Both the position numbers and the translations under genes were made by a program. Positions 39,286-51,193 of a stretch of DNA of 64,000 nucleotides are shown here, one piece after another. Origin of the DNA: Mobula hypostoma (taxonomy: Eukaryota). Each line of letters opens with the position of its first letter. The first letter of the stretch is position 1. Below the pieces are notes generated by a model. That model searched no databases. It was not told the DNA's origin and saw nothing but the letters and a program-made list of their open reading frames with translations. The DNA lies in contig NC_086097.1 of assembly GCF_963921235.1 (NCBI RefSeq), positions 179,368,001-179,432,000 on the forward strand, given 5' to 3'.

Positions 39286-41217
39286 CAAACACAATGCTGG
39301 AAAGGCTCGGCATTCAGCTCTCATTCACATGCTGAGCTTTTTCAGCATTTTATGTTCTTATTTCCAGGGTTGTTGTTCAATCTGTTTCAATAGTTATTGG
39401 GTCCTCGTTAATGCTGCACCTTGTTGAAGCAGCCAGGCGATTCTATGGCCTAGCAGCTGCAGTTTTATTGATAGTTTTTGCTTCATCCAAATGAGATGTT
39501 GTTTACCTGCGCTCGTATCGATGAACAGGGGCGTGCGTAGGCACTACTGGCTTATCCTGAAATAAGCTGAGGATTTAAAGCAGTATAACCAGCTACTGAT
39601 AAATTGACGTTAATGCGAATAGATAATGGCTTCTGTGTTTCAGCTGATGGAAAGGACAGTGCTTTAAAGCTGATGACCCCAGGATCTCCGTACTGCAAAG
39701 TGCAGTTTCATGGTATCTAGTATATGACCACTAATTCTTGTCTAGTTGCAAACCTTATTTTAATCAATATGTAGATGCATGTCTTTTGGACATAGTCCCC
39801 CTGCACTTCTCTGTTTTGCACTTAATCAGCTCTTGATTATCTCAAGTTGCTTTTTGTTTGAAGTTTGCTCTGTTCCTCAAGTCCTTGCTCTGTGATTAAG
39901 GTGTGCGATGGCTAACTGGAGCAAAAATGTTGGCCAGGCCACAGCTGGAGTGTGCTGTGTGTCGTTCCGGTCTTCACTCTGTCGGGAGGATGTGACTGCG
40001 CTGGAGAAAGTGTACTTTCAGTGTACATTCAGCAGCATGTGTGCAGCAGCTGTCTTCTTACCGTTGGAGTGAAGACCTGATTGAGATGTACAAGATTGTA
40101 AGGAACTTTGACAGTGAGGGGAAAGGTGAGGTATCTGCAGCTAGATGATGTTGGTTTAGGGTGAGAAGTTTAAAGGGGCTAAAGGAATATTTTCACCCAG
40201 AGGGTGGTTGGAATCTGAAACAGACTGCCTGAGGGTGTGGTGGAGGTAAAGGCTGTCACAAGTATCTGAGTGAATGTTAGAAATGCAGGCTGAGAAGGCC
40301 ACAAAGCCAGTGCTTTTAAATGGTGGTAGTCCAGGTGGATAGGTCTTGGTTGGCACAGACACAGTGGGTCAAAGGGTCTGTTTCTGTGCTATGACGTTGT
40401 GACTGTCCTTGATTTGAAGATTGGCAACTGGAACGTCAGGACCCTTTTTTTAAAATATTTCTTTGTTCTGTAATTTATTTCTTGTTGAAGTTGTGGCTTT
40501 GGAGGTCAGACATTTCAGCTCTGACATTGGCCAGATGCAACAGGCAGGGAAGGTCAGTTCATTGAAGAGGGCACAAAAAACTGTTGGAGGGAATCATCAG
40601 GTCAAGCGGTGTCTGTGGAGGAAGAGGGATCCGGATGGTTTGTGTCACCACTGAAGGAGGGGGCATATCTGTCACAGCTACCCTATGTTCTGCATTAGTG
40701 TTGTTCTTTCTCAGTGCGCTTCACAATGAATTGATTTGTCGGAACAATATGCAGAATAAGCTTTTCGGGGCACCTTGATATCTGTGACAGTGATAAACCA
40801 ATTCCATTATCCTCCCAGGCTTGGGCTTTGCCATAAGAACGAGTTGGTCCAGCCTCTCCCTTTGTTGAGTTGGAGAAGGAATGGGTGGCTTCGTTTCGAG
40901 AACCTTGAGCATGCTGAGATCCTGTGTGAGCTGGACAGGTCAGGTTGGAAGGAAGGTTCCTGCCCATCCACCTCCTGCCCCTTCTGTGCTAGACTCATTG
41001 CTGTCATCAGTCACCTCGAATTACACATAGCCGGCGTGGAAGGGAGATGTTCTATAAACCAAGGACTCCAAAAGAAGATTCTTTTCTTCTCTGTTGTAGA
41101 AACCTACTCAGCGTCTTGTGATGAGCAGATACTTACTAACATAGGAGGCTGGAGATGCCGAAATCTGGGACAACAGAAAGTTACTGGAGGAACTCGGCAG
41201 GTTGAGCAGCATCTGTG

Positions 41218-41767
41218 GAGGCAGAGGATTGATCAACATTTGGGCCTACACTGAGGGCAGAGGATTGATCACCGTTTGGGCCTACACTGAGGGCAGAGGA
41301 TTGATCACCGTTTGGGCCTACACTGAGGGCAGAGGATTGATCAACATTTGGGCCTACACTGAGGGCAGAGGATTGATCACCGTTTGGGCCTACACTGAGG
41401 GCAGAGGATTGATCACCGTTTGGGCCTACACTGAGGGCAGAGGATTGATCACCGTTTGGGCCTACACTGAGGGCAGAGGATTGATCAACGTTTGGGCCTA
41501 CACTGAGGGCAGAGGATTGATCAACGTTTGGGCCTACACTGAGTGCAGAGGATTGGTCAATGTTTGGGCCTACACTGAGGGCAGAGGATTGATCACCGTT
41601 TGGGCCTACACTGAGGGCAGAGGATTGATCAACGTTTGGGCCTACACTGAGTGCAGAGGATTGGTCAATGTTTGGGCCTACACTGAGGGCAGAGGATTGA
41701 TCACCGTTTGGGCCTACACTGAGTGCAGAGGATTGGTCAATGTTTGGGCCTACACTGAGGGCAGAGG
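41218..41767. repeat. 36-bp minisatellite, 15 full copies plus a partial
   Basis: gagggcagaggattgatca(ccg/aca/acg)tttgggcctacact; gives 12-aa repeat ORFs on both strands. Confidence 0.97.
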
Positions 41768-43431
41768 CAGAGTCAGGTTTATTATCACTGGCATGTTGTG
41801 AGATGTGTTGTTTTGCTGCAGCAGGGCAGTACAACATATAAAAATTATTCTAAATCACAGGAAGAATATATAAAAAATAAATAACTAGTGCAAGAGGAGA
41901 ACAAGAGTAGGTGGTGTTCAGGGACCATTCAGAAATCCAGTGGCCGAGGGGAAGAAGCTGCAGCTAATACGTTGAGTGTAGGTCTTCAGGATCCTGTAAA
42001 CATCGACAATTCCTTTCCTCCTGTAGCCGCTGCTTGGCCCACTGGGTTCCTCCGATAGATTGCTTGTTAACACAGTAAGGTACTGAACTTAGCTTGGTCT
42101 AATTATAGAGTCATTGAGTTATACTAAAGAGGAAAAGGTCTTTTGGCCCAATTTGTCCTTGCTGATCAAGGCCTCTACCGGAACCAGTCCCACTCACATG
42201 CATTTGGTCCATATCCCTCTACACCTTTCTTATTCATCCATCTGTCTTTTAAATGTTGTAACTGCACCTGCCTTTACCAATTCCTCTGGCACTCTGTGTG
42301 GAAAAACTCACCCCTTAGATCCCCTTTAAATCTTTACCTTCTCACCTAGAGTGCATTCCAGTGTTAGATTCCCCTACCCACCCTGTGACCATCCACCTTA
42401 CCTATGCCCTTCATGATTTTATGATCCTTCGTGACCCCCTTTTCACCCTCCTATGCTCCAGGGAAAATAGTCCCAGCTTATCCGGTTTCTCCTTATAATT
42501 CAAGTCCTCCCATCCTGACTTCCCTCCGTTGATGCTGCCTGACCCACTGAATTTCTCCAGGATCCTTTATGTTGTTCCAGATTCCAGCATTTTCTGTCTC
42601 CTGTGTGTCTTGAATCTTTTCCTGCACCCTCTCCAGGTCTTGTAGCAGGGCAGCCAGAACTGCACACAATACTCCAAGTGCGGTCTCACCAACATCCGAT
42701 ACAGCTGCAACGAGACATCCCAATTCTTGTACTTCTGGATTCCTAGGCATAATTCAAATGCAGAGTTCAGTAAAGACCTTTTTTTGTTCATAGAACTGCC
42801 CTGCAGAAATAGATTGGCCACATGTTTTTCTTGTGTCGGGGGCCTGTTATTTGTTAAACTGGGGCACCTTCTGCTCACTGGTGACCCTGTGAAAGATCCT
42901 ATGATGCCACATCACAGAAGAGTGTGGTGTGTTACCAGTGTCTTTCCCAAAAGTGAATGAGAAAGCTGGTATTTGATCAGTGCCGTTGGTGGGAACGTAT
43001 TCTCAGAGAATCATTTGCTGTGTTTGATATAGAGGAGAGCTAGCTGTATTTCAGAAGTGCTTAGCTGGGATAATGTGCTTAACCTAGGTGTGTAAGCTGC
43101 TGTCTTGCTAGAGAGTGGATTGTCTAAAATGGATGATGCTGCTGCCACGTGGGTCATTGTTAATGCTCATGTTTAGAAACTCTTGTAACCCTTCTCCCCA
43201 GTCGCAGTCACAAAGTTGGCACTTCCTGCCTCAGCCATTGGCCTTGGAAAAATGTCCTGTGTGTAAACGTTTACAGCAACGCTTGCTTACCTTAATGGTT
43301 CAGCCACCAGAGGTGTCTTGCTGGTTTAAATGACCTTGCACACCTTTCCTTGTCTAGTTGCTTTACGTAGAACAGTACAGCCGTTCAGCCAATGATGTTG
43401 CTCCGACCTTCCAACCTACTCCAAAATCAAT

Positions 43432-44640
43432 TTTTCTCGCAATTCCTCCATCTCCGCCGCATCTGCTCTCAGGATGAGGCTTTTCATTCTAGGACGAGGG
43501 AGATGTCTTCATTTTTTAAAGAAAGGGGCTTCCCTTCCTCCACTATCAACTCTGCTCTTAAACGCATCTCCCCCATTTCACGTACATCTGCTCTCACTCC
43601 ATCCTCCCACCACCCCATTAGGAATAGGGTTCCCCTGGTCCTCACCTACCACCCCACCAGCCTCCGGGTCCAACATATTATTCTCCGTAACTTCCGCCAC
43701 CTCCAACGAGATCCCACCACTAAGCACATCTTTCCCTCCCCCCCTCTCTCTGCATTCCGCAGGGATCGCTCCCTACACAACTCCCTTGTCCATTCGTCCC
43801 CCCCATCCCTCCCCACTGATCTCCCTCCTGGCACTTATCCGTGTAAGCGGAACAAGTGCTACACATGCCCTTACACTTCCTCCCTTACCACCATTCAGGG
43901 CCCCAAACAGTCCTTCCAAGTGAGGCATCACTTCACCTGTGAGTCGACTGGGGTGATATACTGCGTCCGGTGCTCCCGATGTGGCCTTTTATATATTGGT
44001 GAGACCCGACGCAGACTAGGAGACCGCTTTGCTGAACATCTACGCTCTGTCCGCCAGAGAAAGCAGGATCTCCCAGTGGCCACACATTTTAATTCCACAT
44101 CCCATTCCCATTCTGACATGTCTATCCACGGCCTCCTCTACTGTAAAGATGAAGCCACACTCAGGTTGGAGGAACAACACCTTATATTCCGTATGGGTAG
44201 CCTCCAACCTGATGGCATGAACATTGACTTCTCTAACTTCCGCTAGGCCCCACCTCCCCCTCGTACCCCATCTGTTACTCTTTTTTATGCACACATTCTT
44301 TCTCTCACTCTCCTTTTTCTCCCTCTGTCCCTCTGAATATACCTCTTGCCCATCCTCTGGGTCACTCCCCCCCCCCGTCTTTCTTCCCGGACCTCCTGTC
44401 CCATGATCCTCTCGTATCCCCTTTTGCCTATCACCTGTCCAGCTCTCGGCTCTATCCCTCCCCCTCCTGTCTTCTCCTATCATTTTGCATCTCCCCCTCC
44501 CCCTCCAGCTTTCAAATCCCTTACTCACTCTTCCTTCAGTTAGTCCTGACGAAGGGTCTCGGCCTGAAACGTCGACTGCGCCTCTTCCTATAGATGCTGC
44601 CTGGCCTGCTGCGTTCACCAGCAACTTTGATGTATGTTGT
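43432..44640 (+). mobile_element. Young 5'-truncated Penelope-like retroelement with 12-bp TSD, inserted in a minus-strand CR1 tail
   Basis: TSD tccaaaatcaat at 43420-43431 and 44641-44652; open frame to 44246 with CKRNKCYTC linker and GIY-YIG endonuclease (GVIYCVRCSRCGLLYIGETRRRLGDRFAEH). Confidence 0.95.
44542..44577 (+). ncRNA. Minimal type I hammerhead ribozyme in Penelope pLTR (predicted cleavage after 44573)
   Basis: agtc-CTGACGA-agggtctcggcct-GAAAC-GTC-gact: stem I agtc/gact, stem II agg/cct, loopless palindromic stem III (acgt), as known for Penelope hammerheads. Confidence 0.85.
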
Positions 44641-44652
44641 TCCAAAATCAAT

Positions 44653-45115
44653 CTAGCCCTTCCTTCCTCCATTTTTCTTTCATCGTGTGCCTAAGGTTCT
44701 CTTAAATGTCACCAGTGTATCTGCCTCGACCACCACCCCTGGCATCGTGTTCCAATCACTTACCACTCAGTGTCTAAAAACAGCCCACCTCTGACTCCCC
44801 CCCATACCTTCCTCCACTCACATTAAAATTATGCCCTCTCATATTAGCCATTGCAGACCTTCGCGGGGGCGGGGGGTGGGGGTGGAAGAAAACACTGACT
44901 GTCCATTTCATATTATGCACGTCTACATTTCTGTTAAGTCTCCTCTCATCCTCCTCCGCTTGAAAGACAAAAGCCCTACGTCACTCAACCTATGCTCATA
45001 AAATGTGCTCTCTAATCCAGGCAGCATCTTGGTAAATCTCCTCTGCACCCTCTCTAAAGCTTCAACATCCTTCCTATAATGAAATGACCAAAGGTGAAAG
45101 CAATACTCCAAGTGT
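44653..45115 (-). mobile_element. CR1 LINE 3' fragment
   Basis: Minus ORF 44923-45111 EYCFHLWSFHYRKDVEALERVQRRFTKMLPGL. Confidence 0.85.
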
Positions 45116-47384
45116 CTTTACGAAAAGGAGGTTGAAAGCTGACAGATTGCTGGTAGTCACTGTCACATTTTCTGAAACCTTTATTCAGGGTCTCTGTTCA
45201 TTAAATTGACTCTATGTATGGAGTGTTCTCCTATATTTAAATCACTTTCTGTACTGGGGTCAGTTCTTCTTTTGCCACTAGGTGGGGTTAAGTTTACTGT
45301 AGAACAGTTTTTGTGTTGGAGCAAGACCCTTCACAAGGTTGTGCAGGTCTGTAACTGGATGTCATTCTTTAAAATAACTGGTCACATGCAGGATGGAATG
45401 AAGTGAAATTCTTTTTTCTCAGAAGGTTTTAAGTTTTTGGAAGTCTGTTCCTCAAGGGGTGGTGGAAGCAAATCTTTGAACATTTTGAAGGCAGAACATA
45501 GTACAGTGCACTACTGCCCTTCGACCCATGATGTTGTGCTGACCTCTATAACCCTGCTCCATGATCAGTCTGACCCATGCCTCCACGCTGTTCAGAAATC
45601 TCCACTTTTCTTACATCCATGTATGATGTAAGAGTCTCTTAAATGCCCCTAATGTACCAATTCCCTTATGTACCAACCACCCCCTGGCAGCAGACTCCAG
45701 GCACCCACTATTCTGCGTGGGAAAAGAAAAGAGGGAGAGGGAGATCGTCCGAGTGCAGGAGCCTCCGACAGCCGCACCAGCTGTTGCAATGTTGTGATCT
45801 CTGCGATGTTCCAGTTGGCGACACTAGCGAGGAATCAAATTGTCCACAGGGGCAGCCCGAGGCTGCGCTCCAAGGGCCCGAAGGTGCACGTCTGCCAGGC
45901 TGCTCCTAGAGATATGGAAAATGGCCGGTTGGCAAGCTCAAGACGTGGGGACTCACCCGCATATAGGATCACAGTTTGAGTGCAGCTGTAGATCACGGAC
46001 ACTGTCACGATTCCGGACACTGTCACGATTCCAGCCACTGTGAACAGGAAGAAAGAGACATTAAAGAGAAAAATTTAAGCTGTTTCACAGATGAGCTCGA
46101 AGAAATTGCCCTCTGGTGCCATCTTAGCCCCTCGCCCATGGAGTGACTATCAGAATTACTTATCTTTATTTCAGGTATCAGCATCAGGTTTATTATCACT
46201 GAAAGTTGTTGTTTTGTGGCAGCAGTACCGTGCAAGATGCCTATTCTGTTTATCCATTTTCTTTGGGTCACAGCTCATCGGTCCCTTGCTGTTTGTTACT
46301 ATACTGTCCTATGGACGAATGCGCAGACTGTGTTGCAGGTTCCTCTGTCAGCCTGCTACTGCTTTGCAGTGTGTGGCTCTGATCCTTGGCTCCTGGCTGA
46401 ATGATGAACACAGGGAAGCAAAAAATTGATAGATGTCGCTGTTAATGGTTATAAATACTGTGTTAGTGGGACGTCTGAAATGTGACCAAAGTTTTGGAAA
46501 TACTCAGTTGGTCAGGCAGCATGTGTACAGAGGGAAGCAATAGATATCTGTTGCAGATTTTCCGCAATATCTGTTGCAGATTTTCTGCAAAATCTGCCTG
46601 GTAGCTTACAGGTGTTAGTACAGATGTTCTTTCTATGGTGTATATTTGTGCTCCACAATCAGCAGTCATCTGCTGATATTGGTTCTTCCGCTGTTGTCCA
46701 AATTTTTAATTACTGATCAGTTTAAAATTACGGCAAAGGAATGTTTGTTTAGCAAGTCAGATCTGTGCATGCTTGCCTTCCACATGTCTTAATTCCACTC
46801 TCAATTAATCATCTTTATTAATATTTAAAATTTTTCCACTCTGGTATCCTCACTGCCACGCTATAATAACCAGAACTGTACTTGGTAAATTGACACTATA
46901 AGTGGCAAGGTCCGGGAGAATGTTGTACAACAGAGATACAAGTACAATACACAGTTCTCTGAAAGTGGTGATCTGGGTAAATTGCTTTTATCGTTGTCAT
47001 GTGTACTGAGGTACAGTGAAAAAAACTGTAGTCCATACAGATCAATTCATTACAACAGTGCATTGAGATAGTACAAGGGAAAAGCAATCACAGAATACAG
47101 AATAAGGTCGGCATAAGAGAGTCAGCAGATGCTGGAAATCTTGAGCAACACACACAAAATGCTGGATGAACTCAGGCAACATCTATGGAGAGGAATAAAC
47201 AACCAAAGTTTCAGGCAGAGACTCTCCATCGGAAATGAAAAAGAAGGGAGTAAAAGGTAGAATAATGAGGGGGAGGAGTACAAGGGGATAGGTGAGACCA
47301 AATGAGGGGGATGGAGCACGAGGGGTAAGTAAGAAGCCAGGAGGTGATGGGTGGCGGAGCGAAGAAGAAGGAATCTTTGTTGTA

Positions 47385-48230
47385 TGTTGCACAGAATAAA
47401 GTGTTGCGGCTACAGAGAAAGTGCAGTGGAGATCAATGGAAGCTGCAAGATTATAACTAGGTACTGTAGTTCTGAGATCAAGAGTCCGTCTTACTGTGCA
47501 GGAATACCATTCAATAGTTTTATAACAGCGGGGTAGAAATTGTCCTTGAGCCTGGTGGTATGTGCTCCTGGTCTTTTGAATCTTTTGCCTGATGGAGGGG
47601 GGTGGAGAAAGAGAGTGTCTGGAGTAGATGGGGTCTTTGATCATGTTGGCTGCTTTACCGGGGCAGCGAGAAGTGTAGACAGAGTTCATGGAGGGGAGGC
47701 TGGTTCCTGGGATGTACTGAGCTGTATCCACAGCTCCTTGTGGTCACAGGCAGAGCTGTTGCTGTAGCGAATTGTGATGCATCTGGATGGGATGCGTTCT
47801 GTAGTGCAAGGACAGCGTGCAAAAGGAGATGTTTTCGCACAGTGGCCTTGGTCAGGCAGGGCTTTCAGTATTGGAGTTGGGATGTTATTGTAGTTGTACT
47901 CAATATTGGTGAGGTCACATTTGGAGAAGCGTGTTGTCCTGGTCGCCCTGCTAGAGGGAGGGATAGAGGTAGATACAGTCCTAACGTTCAAAATAGACTT
48001 GGACAGGTCCATGGAGGGGAACTGTTTAGAGTAGGCGTTCCCAACCTGGGGTTCAGGGACCCCTCGGTTAATGATAAGGCTCCACGGCACAAAAGACAGG
48101 TTGGGATCCCCGGTTTTGAAGCTGGTTTCAATGATGTGCTGAGAGCTGTGTCCACAACTCGAGTGTCTCGTGATCATGTGCAGAGCAATTGCCATACCAA
48201 GCTGTGATGTATCCCGATAGGCTGCTTTCT
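47385..48230 (-). mobile_element. Degenerate Rex1-like LINE 3' fragments with nested pieces
   Basis: Minus translation MDTAQYIPGTSLPSMNSVYTSRCPGKAANMIKDP resembles the RT C-terminal extension in 17657-18844. Confidence 0.55.
48032..48112. mobile_element. 81-bp hAT (Charlie-like) MITE
   Basis: taggcgttcccaacct...aggttgggatccccg; 8-bp flanks gtttagag/gttttgaa; homologous to 62624-62700. Confidence 0.65.
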
Positions 48231-48729
48231 ACAACTCAAAAATAAAAACGATATAAAGATAAAGATTAGCTTTATTTGTCAAAAAATCCAGTGAAATGAT
48301 TTATTTGTATTATCAGTCATCACAGTCTGAGGATGTGCTCAGGTGAGCCCACAAGTGTCACTGTGCTTCCAGAACCAACATAGCGTAACCACAGTTTACT
48401 AGCCCTACCTGTGCGCTGTGTCTTGGGAATGTGATCACCCAGAGAGAACCCACACGGTCCCGGGGAAAACATATAAACTACTGGTAGATGGTGTTGGGAA
48501 CGGAACCTCGATCGCTGGAGTGGTAACGTGTTATGCTAACCTCTGTGATGGGCGTCAAAGGGGACATGCTGAATTCCTTCACTTAATGATTTTAACCAAT
48601 ACTGTGGGCACCAACAAACATGTTAACATTGAGCATTCAGTATTAGCCATGAGCAACACTCTATATTGGTAGAGTTAATTGTCTCTGTGATCACCAAGAT
48701 GAGGCTGTTTCCACCTATTAGTTCCTGGA

Positions 48730-49272
48730 TATAGAACAAAGAACATAGAAATCTGCAGCACATTACAGGCCCTTCGGCCCACAATGTTGTGCCGACCATG
48801 TAAGCTACTCTAGAAACTGCCCAGAACTTCCCTACGGCATAGCCCCCTTTTTTACTAAGCTCCATGCAATAGTCTCTTATAAGGCTCTATTATATCTGCC
48901 TCTACACCGTCGCTAGCAGTGCATTCCACACACCCACCACACAGTGTGGAAAAACTTACCCCTGACATCCTCTCTGTACCTACTTCCAAGCACCTTAAAA
49001 CTATGCCCCCTCATGTTAGCCATTTCAACCCTGGGAAAAGGCCTCTGACTATCCACATGATCAATGTCTCTCATCGTCTTACACACCTCTATCAGGTCAC
49101 CTCTTGACCTCCATCGCTCCAAGGAGAAAAGGTCAAGTTCACTCAACCTATTCTCATAAGGTACACTCTTCAATCAGGCAACATCCTTGTAAATCTCCTC
49201 GGCACTCCTTCTATAATATCCACATCTTTCCTGCAGTGAGGTGACCAGAAATGAACACATTACTCCAAGTAT
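48730..49272 (-). mobile_element. CR1 LINE 3' fragment
   Basis: ORF 48913-49173 YENRLSELDLFSLERWRSRGDLIEVCKTMR...RGHSFKV. Confidence 0.85.
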
Positions 49273-50270
49273 TGGAGCTTCCCATTGGCGGAACGCCATG
49301 TTCAAAGGTATCAGCCAGATGTGGCCTTTTCCACCATCACATCTGAACTTCTGTGTAGTCCATACAAGCCACACATTCCTGTTTATTGTTGCTTCAGACG
49401 ATGCTGTGGGGGCAGTGATGAATGAGTGAGTTAATTATCAGCCTCCAAGGAGCTGGCTTGGTCTCCGTGTTTTGCACACCCTTCTCCGGTGCTGTACAAC
49501 TCTACAAAGATTCAGAGCAATGAAACCCACACTAGTTGATAGGACTGCTTTGTAAAAGTTCTCGTGATCTGTATGAAAATACATCAAGTTCATGATCTGG
49601 GTAACCTTTTAGATAGGGTGAATGAACACAATCTTTTCCCAAGGGAAAGGGAATCAAGAAACTAGAGGGTGTGTGTTGAAGGTGAGAGGGTGGAGATATA
49701 CAAGGAACCTGATGGGCGACGACTTTGTACAGAGGGTGGTGTGTATATACAAGTTTCACAGCGACATTGGCTAAATATGGGCAAGTGAACCAGCTTAGTT
49801 GGACACCGTGGTCAGCACAGACAAGTTGGGCCAAAGAGCCTGTTTGCCCGCTGTATCATTCTGTGATTCTCTGTATGACACTATTCTGCAGCTTACTGAC
49901 CTTATTGAAAATCTGGTTACCCTACTGCAGGCAGGATGTGTTAAGGAAGAGTCCAAAGATGTTCACCAAGACGTCTGGAATGGAAGGCTGTAGGTATACG
50001 GAGACATTAGATATGCTGGTTTTGGTAAATTGATTTTATTTATTGTCATGTGTACTGAGGTAGAGTGTTATGCATGCCATCCTCACAGATCATTTCATTC
50101 CAACAGTGTGTTGAAGTAGTACAAGGGAAAACAATAAAAGCATGTAGAATGAAGTATCACAGTTGCGGAGAAAGTGCAGTGCAGGCAGGCAGTGAGATGC
50201 AAGGTCACAATGAGGTAGATTGTGAGGTCAAGAATCCCCTATCATACTAGGGGACCATTCAAAAGTCTTA

Positions 50271-51193
50271 GGCTATGTCCACACTATGCCGGATAATTTT
50301 GAAAACGAAGCTTTTTCTCTTCGTTTTGACTCTCCGTCCACATTGAAACGGCGTTTTCATCCCCCGAAAACGGAGCTTTTCTAAAACACTGTCCAGAGTG
50401 TGTAAATTTGAAAACAATTGTTGCACGATTGTTACAGTAGTGTGCACGGGGTAAACGGAGATATTTAAAAATGCTGTCATGACAACACCACAACAACAAT
50501 GCTTTTTCTGCTTCTGCTTGGTACTGCGCAAGCACTGCCGGACGGCTGTTATAACGCACAGTCGGTGTGAACGGCGTGAGAGTTAAATTGTAAAGTGAGC
50601 TTTTTTTGACTAGACCCCCCAAGTTGATTTGATTGAGTCCATCTTTAAAAATATTAATGTCAGAAATACTGTGCAGGTCTGGCGGCAGAAGATTCCACTC
50701 TCTTGTTGATCTTGGATAGAAGACGGCTTCATGCGTGTGTTGTTTACTTTATTGTCTACGTTAATAGCTTGTTTGGAGTTAAACATCTCTACGTTCTCCA
50801 CTGCTTTGCTGACTTTGTAGTTGTTCATAACTCGCAGAAACAGCTCGACTTCATTGTCTGTCTAAACGAAGAAGTCCGGTCTGCTTCTTCCAGCGGAGGT
50901 TTTCTTTGTATTCCTCGAAGACATTGTTGAAAACTTTCTTTCGCTGTTGTTGGTACTCTAGTTTTTGACCAATGGAAATAGCACAATGCCACCGCGGAAA
51001 CGTAAATATTATACTGTTTCCTCTTTGCTTGTTTTCAGTAGATGTGTCTGCGCATGCCCAATAGGAGTAGATTCACCCAAATATCTGTTTTAATGTGGAC
51101 AGAGATATTTTGAAAAGTGCCTAGTGTGGACGCCTGTCGTTTTTACTCGAAACTGACGTTTTCAAAATTATCCGGTCTAGTGTGGACATAGCC
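50271..51193 (-). mobile_element. PIF/Harbinger non-autonomous element, 923 bp, TTA TSD
   Basis: TIRs ggctatgtccacacta..ccggataattttgaaaacg and cgttttcaaaattatccgg..tagtgtggacatagcc; TTA at 50268-50270 and 51194-51196; splits a LINE fragment. Confidence 0.9.

Noticed and set aside
41181..41837. 199-aa and 218-aa repeat ORFs on opposite strands
   Set aside because: A by-product of a stop-free 36-bp unit; the flanks are transposon fragments and no splice or start context supports a gene.
43392..44246. Host GIY-YIG nuclease gene
   Set aside because: The ATG lies in flanking CR1 sequence outside the TSD; this is a truncated Penelope ORF with a near-identical second copy.
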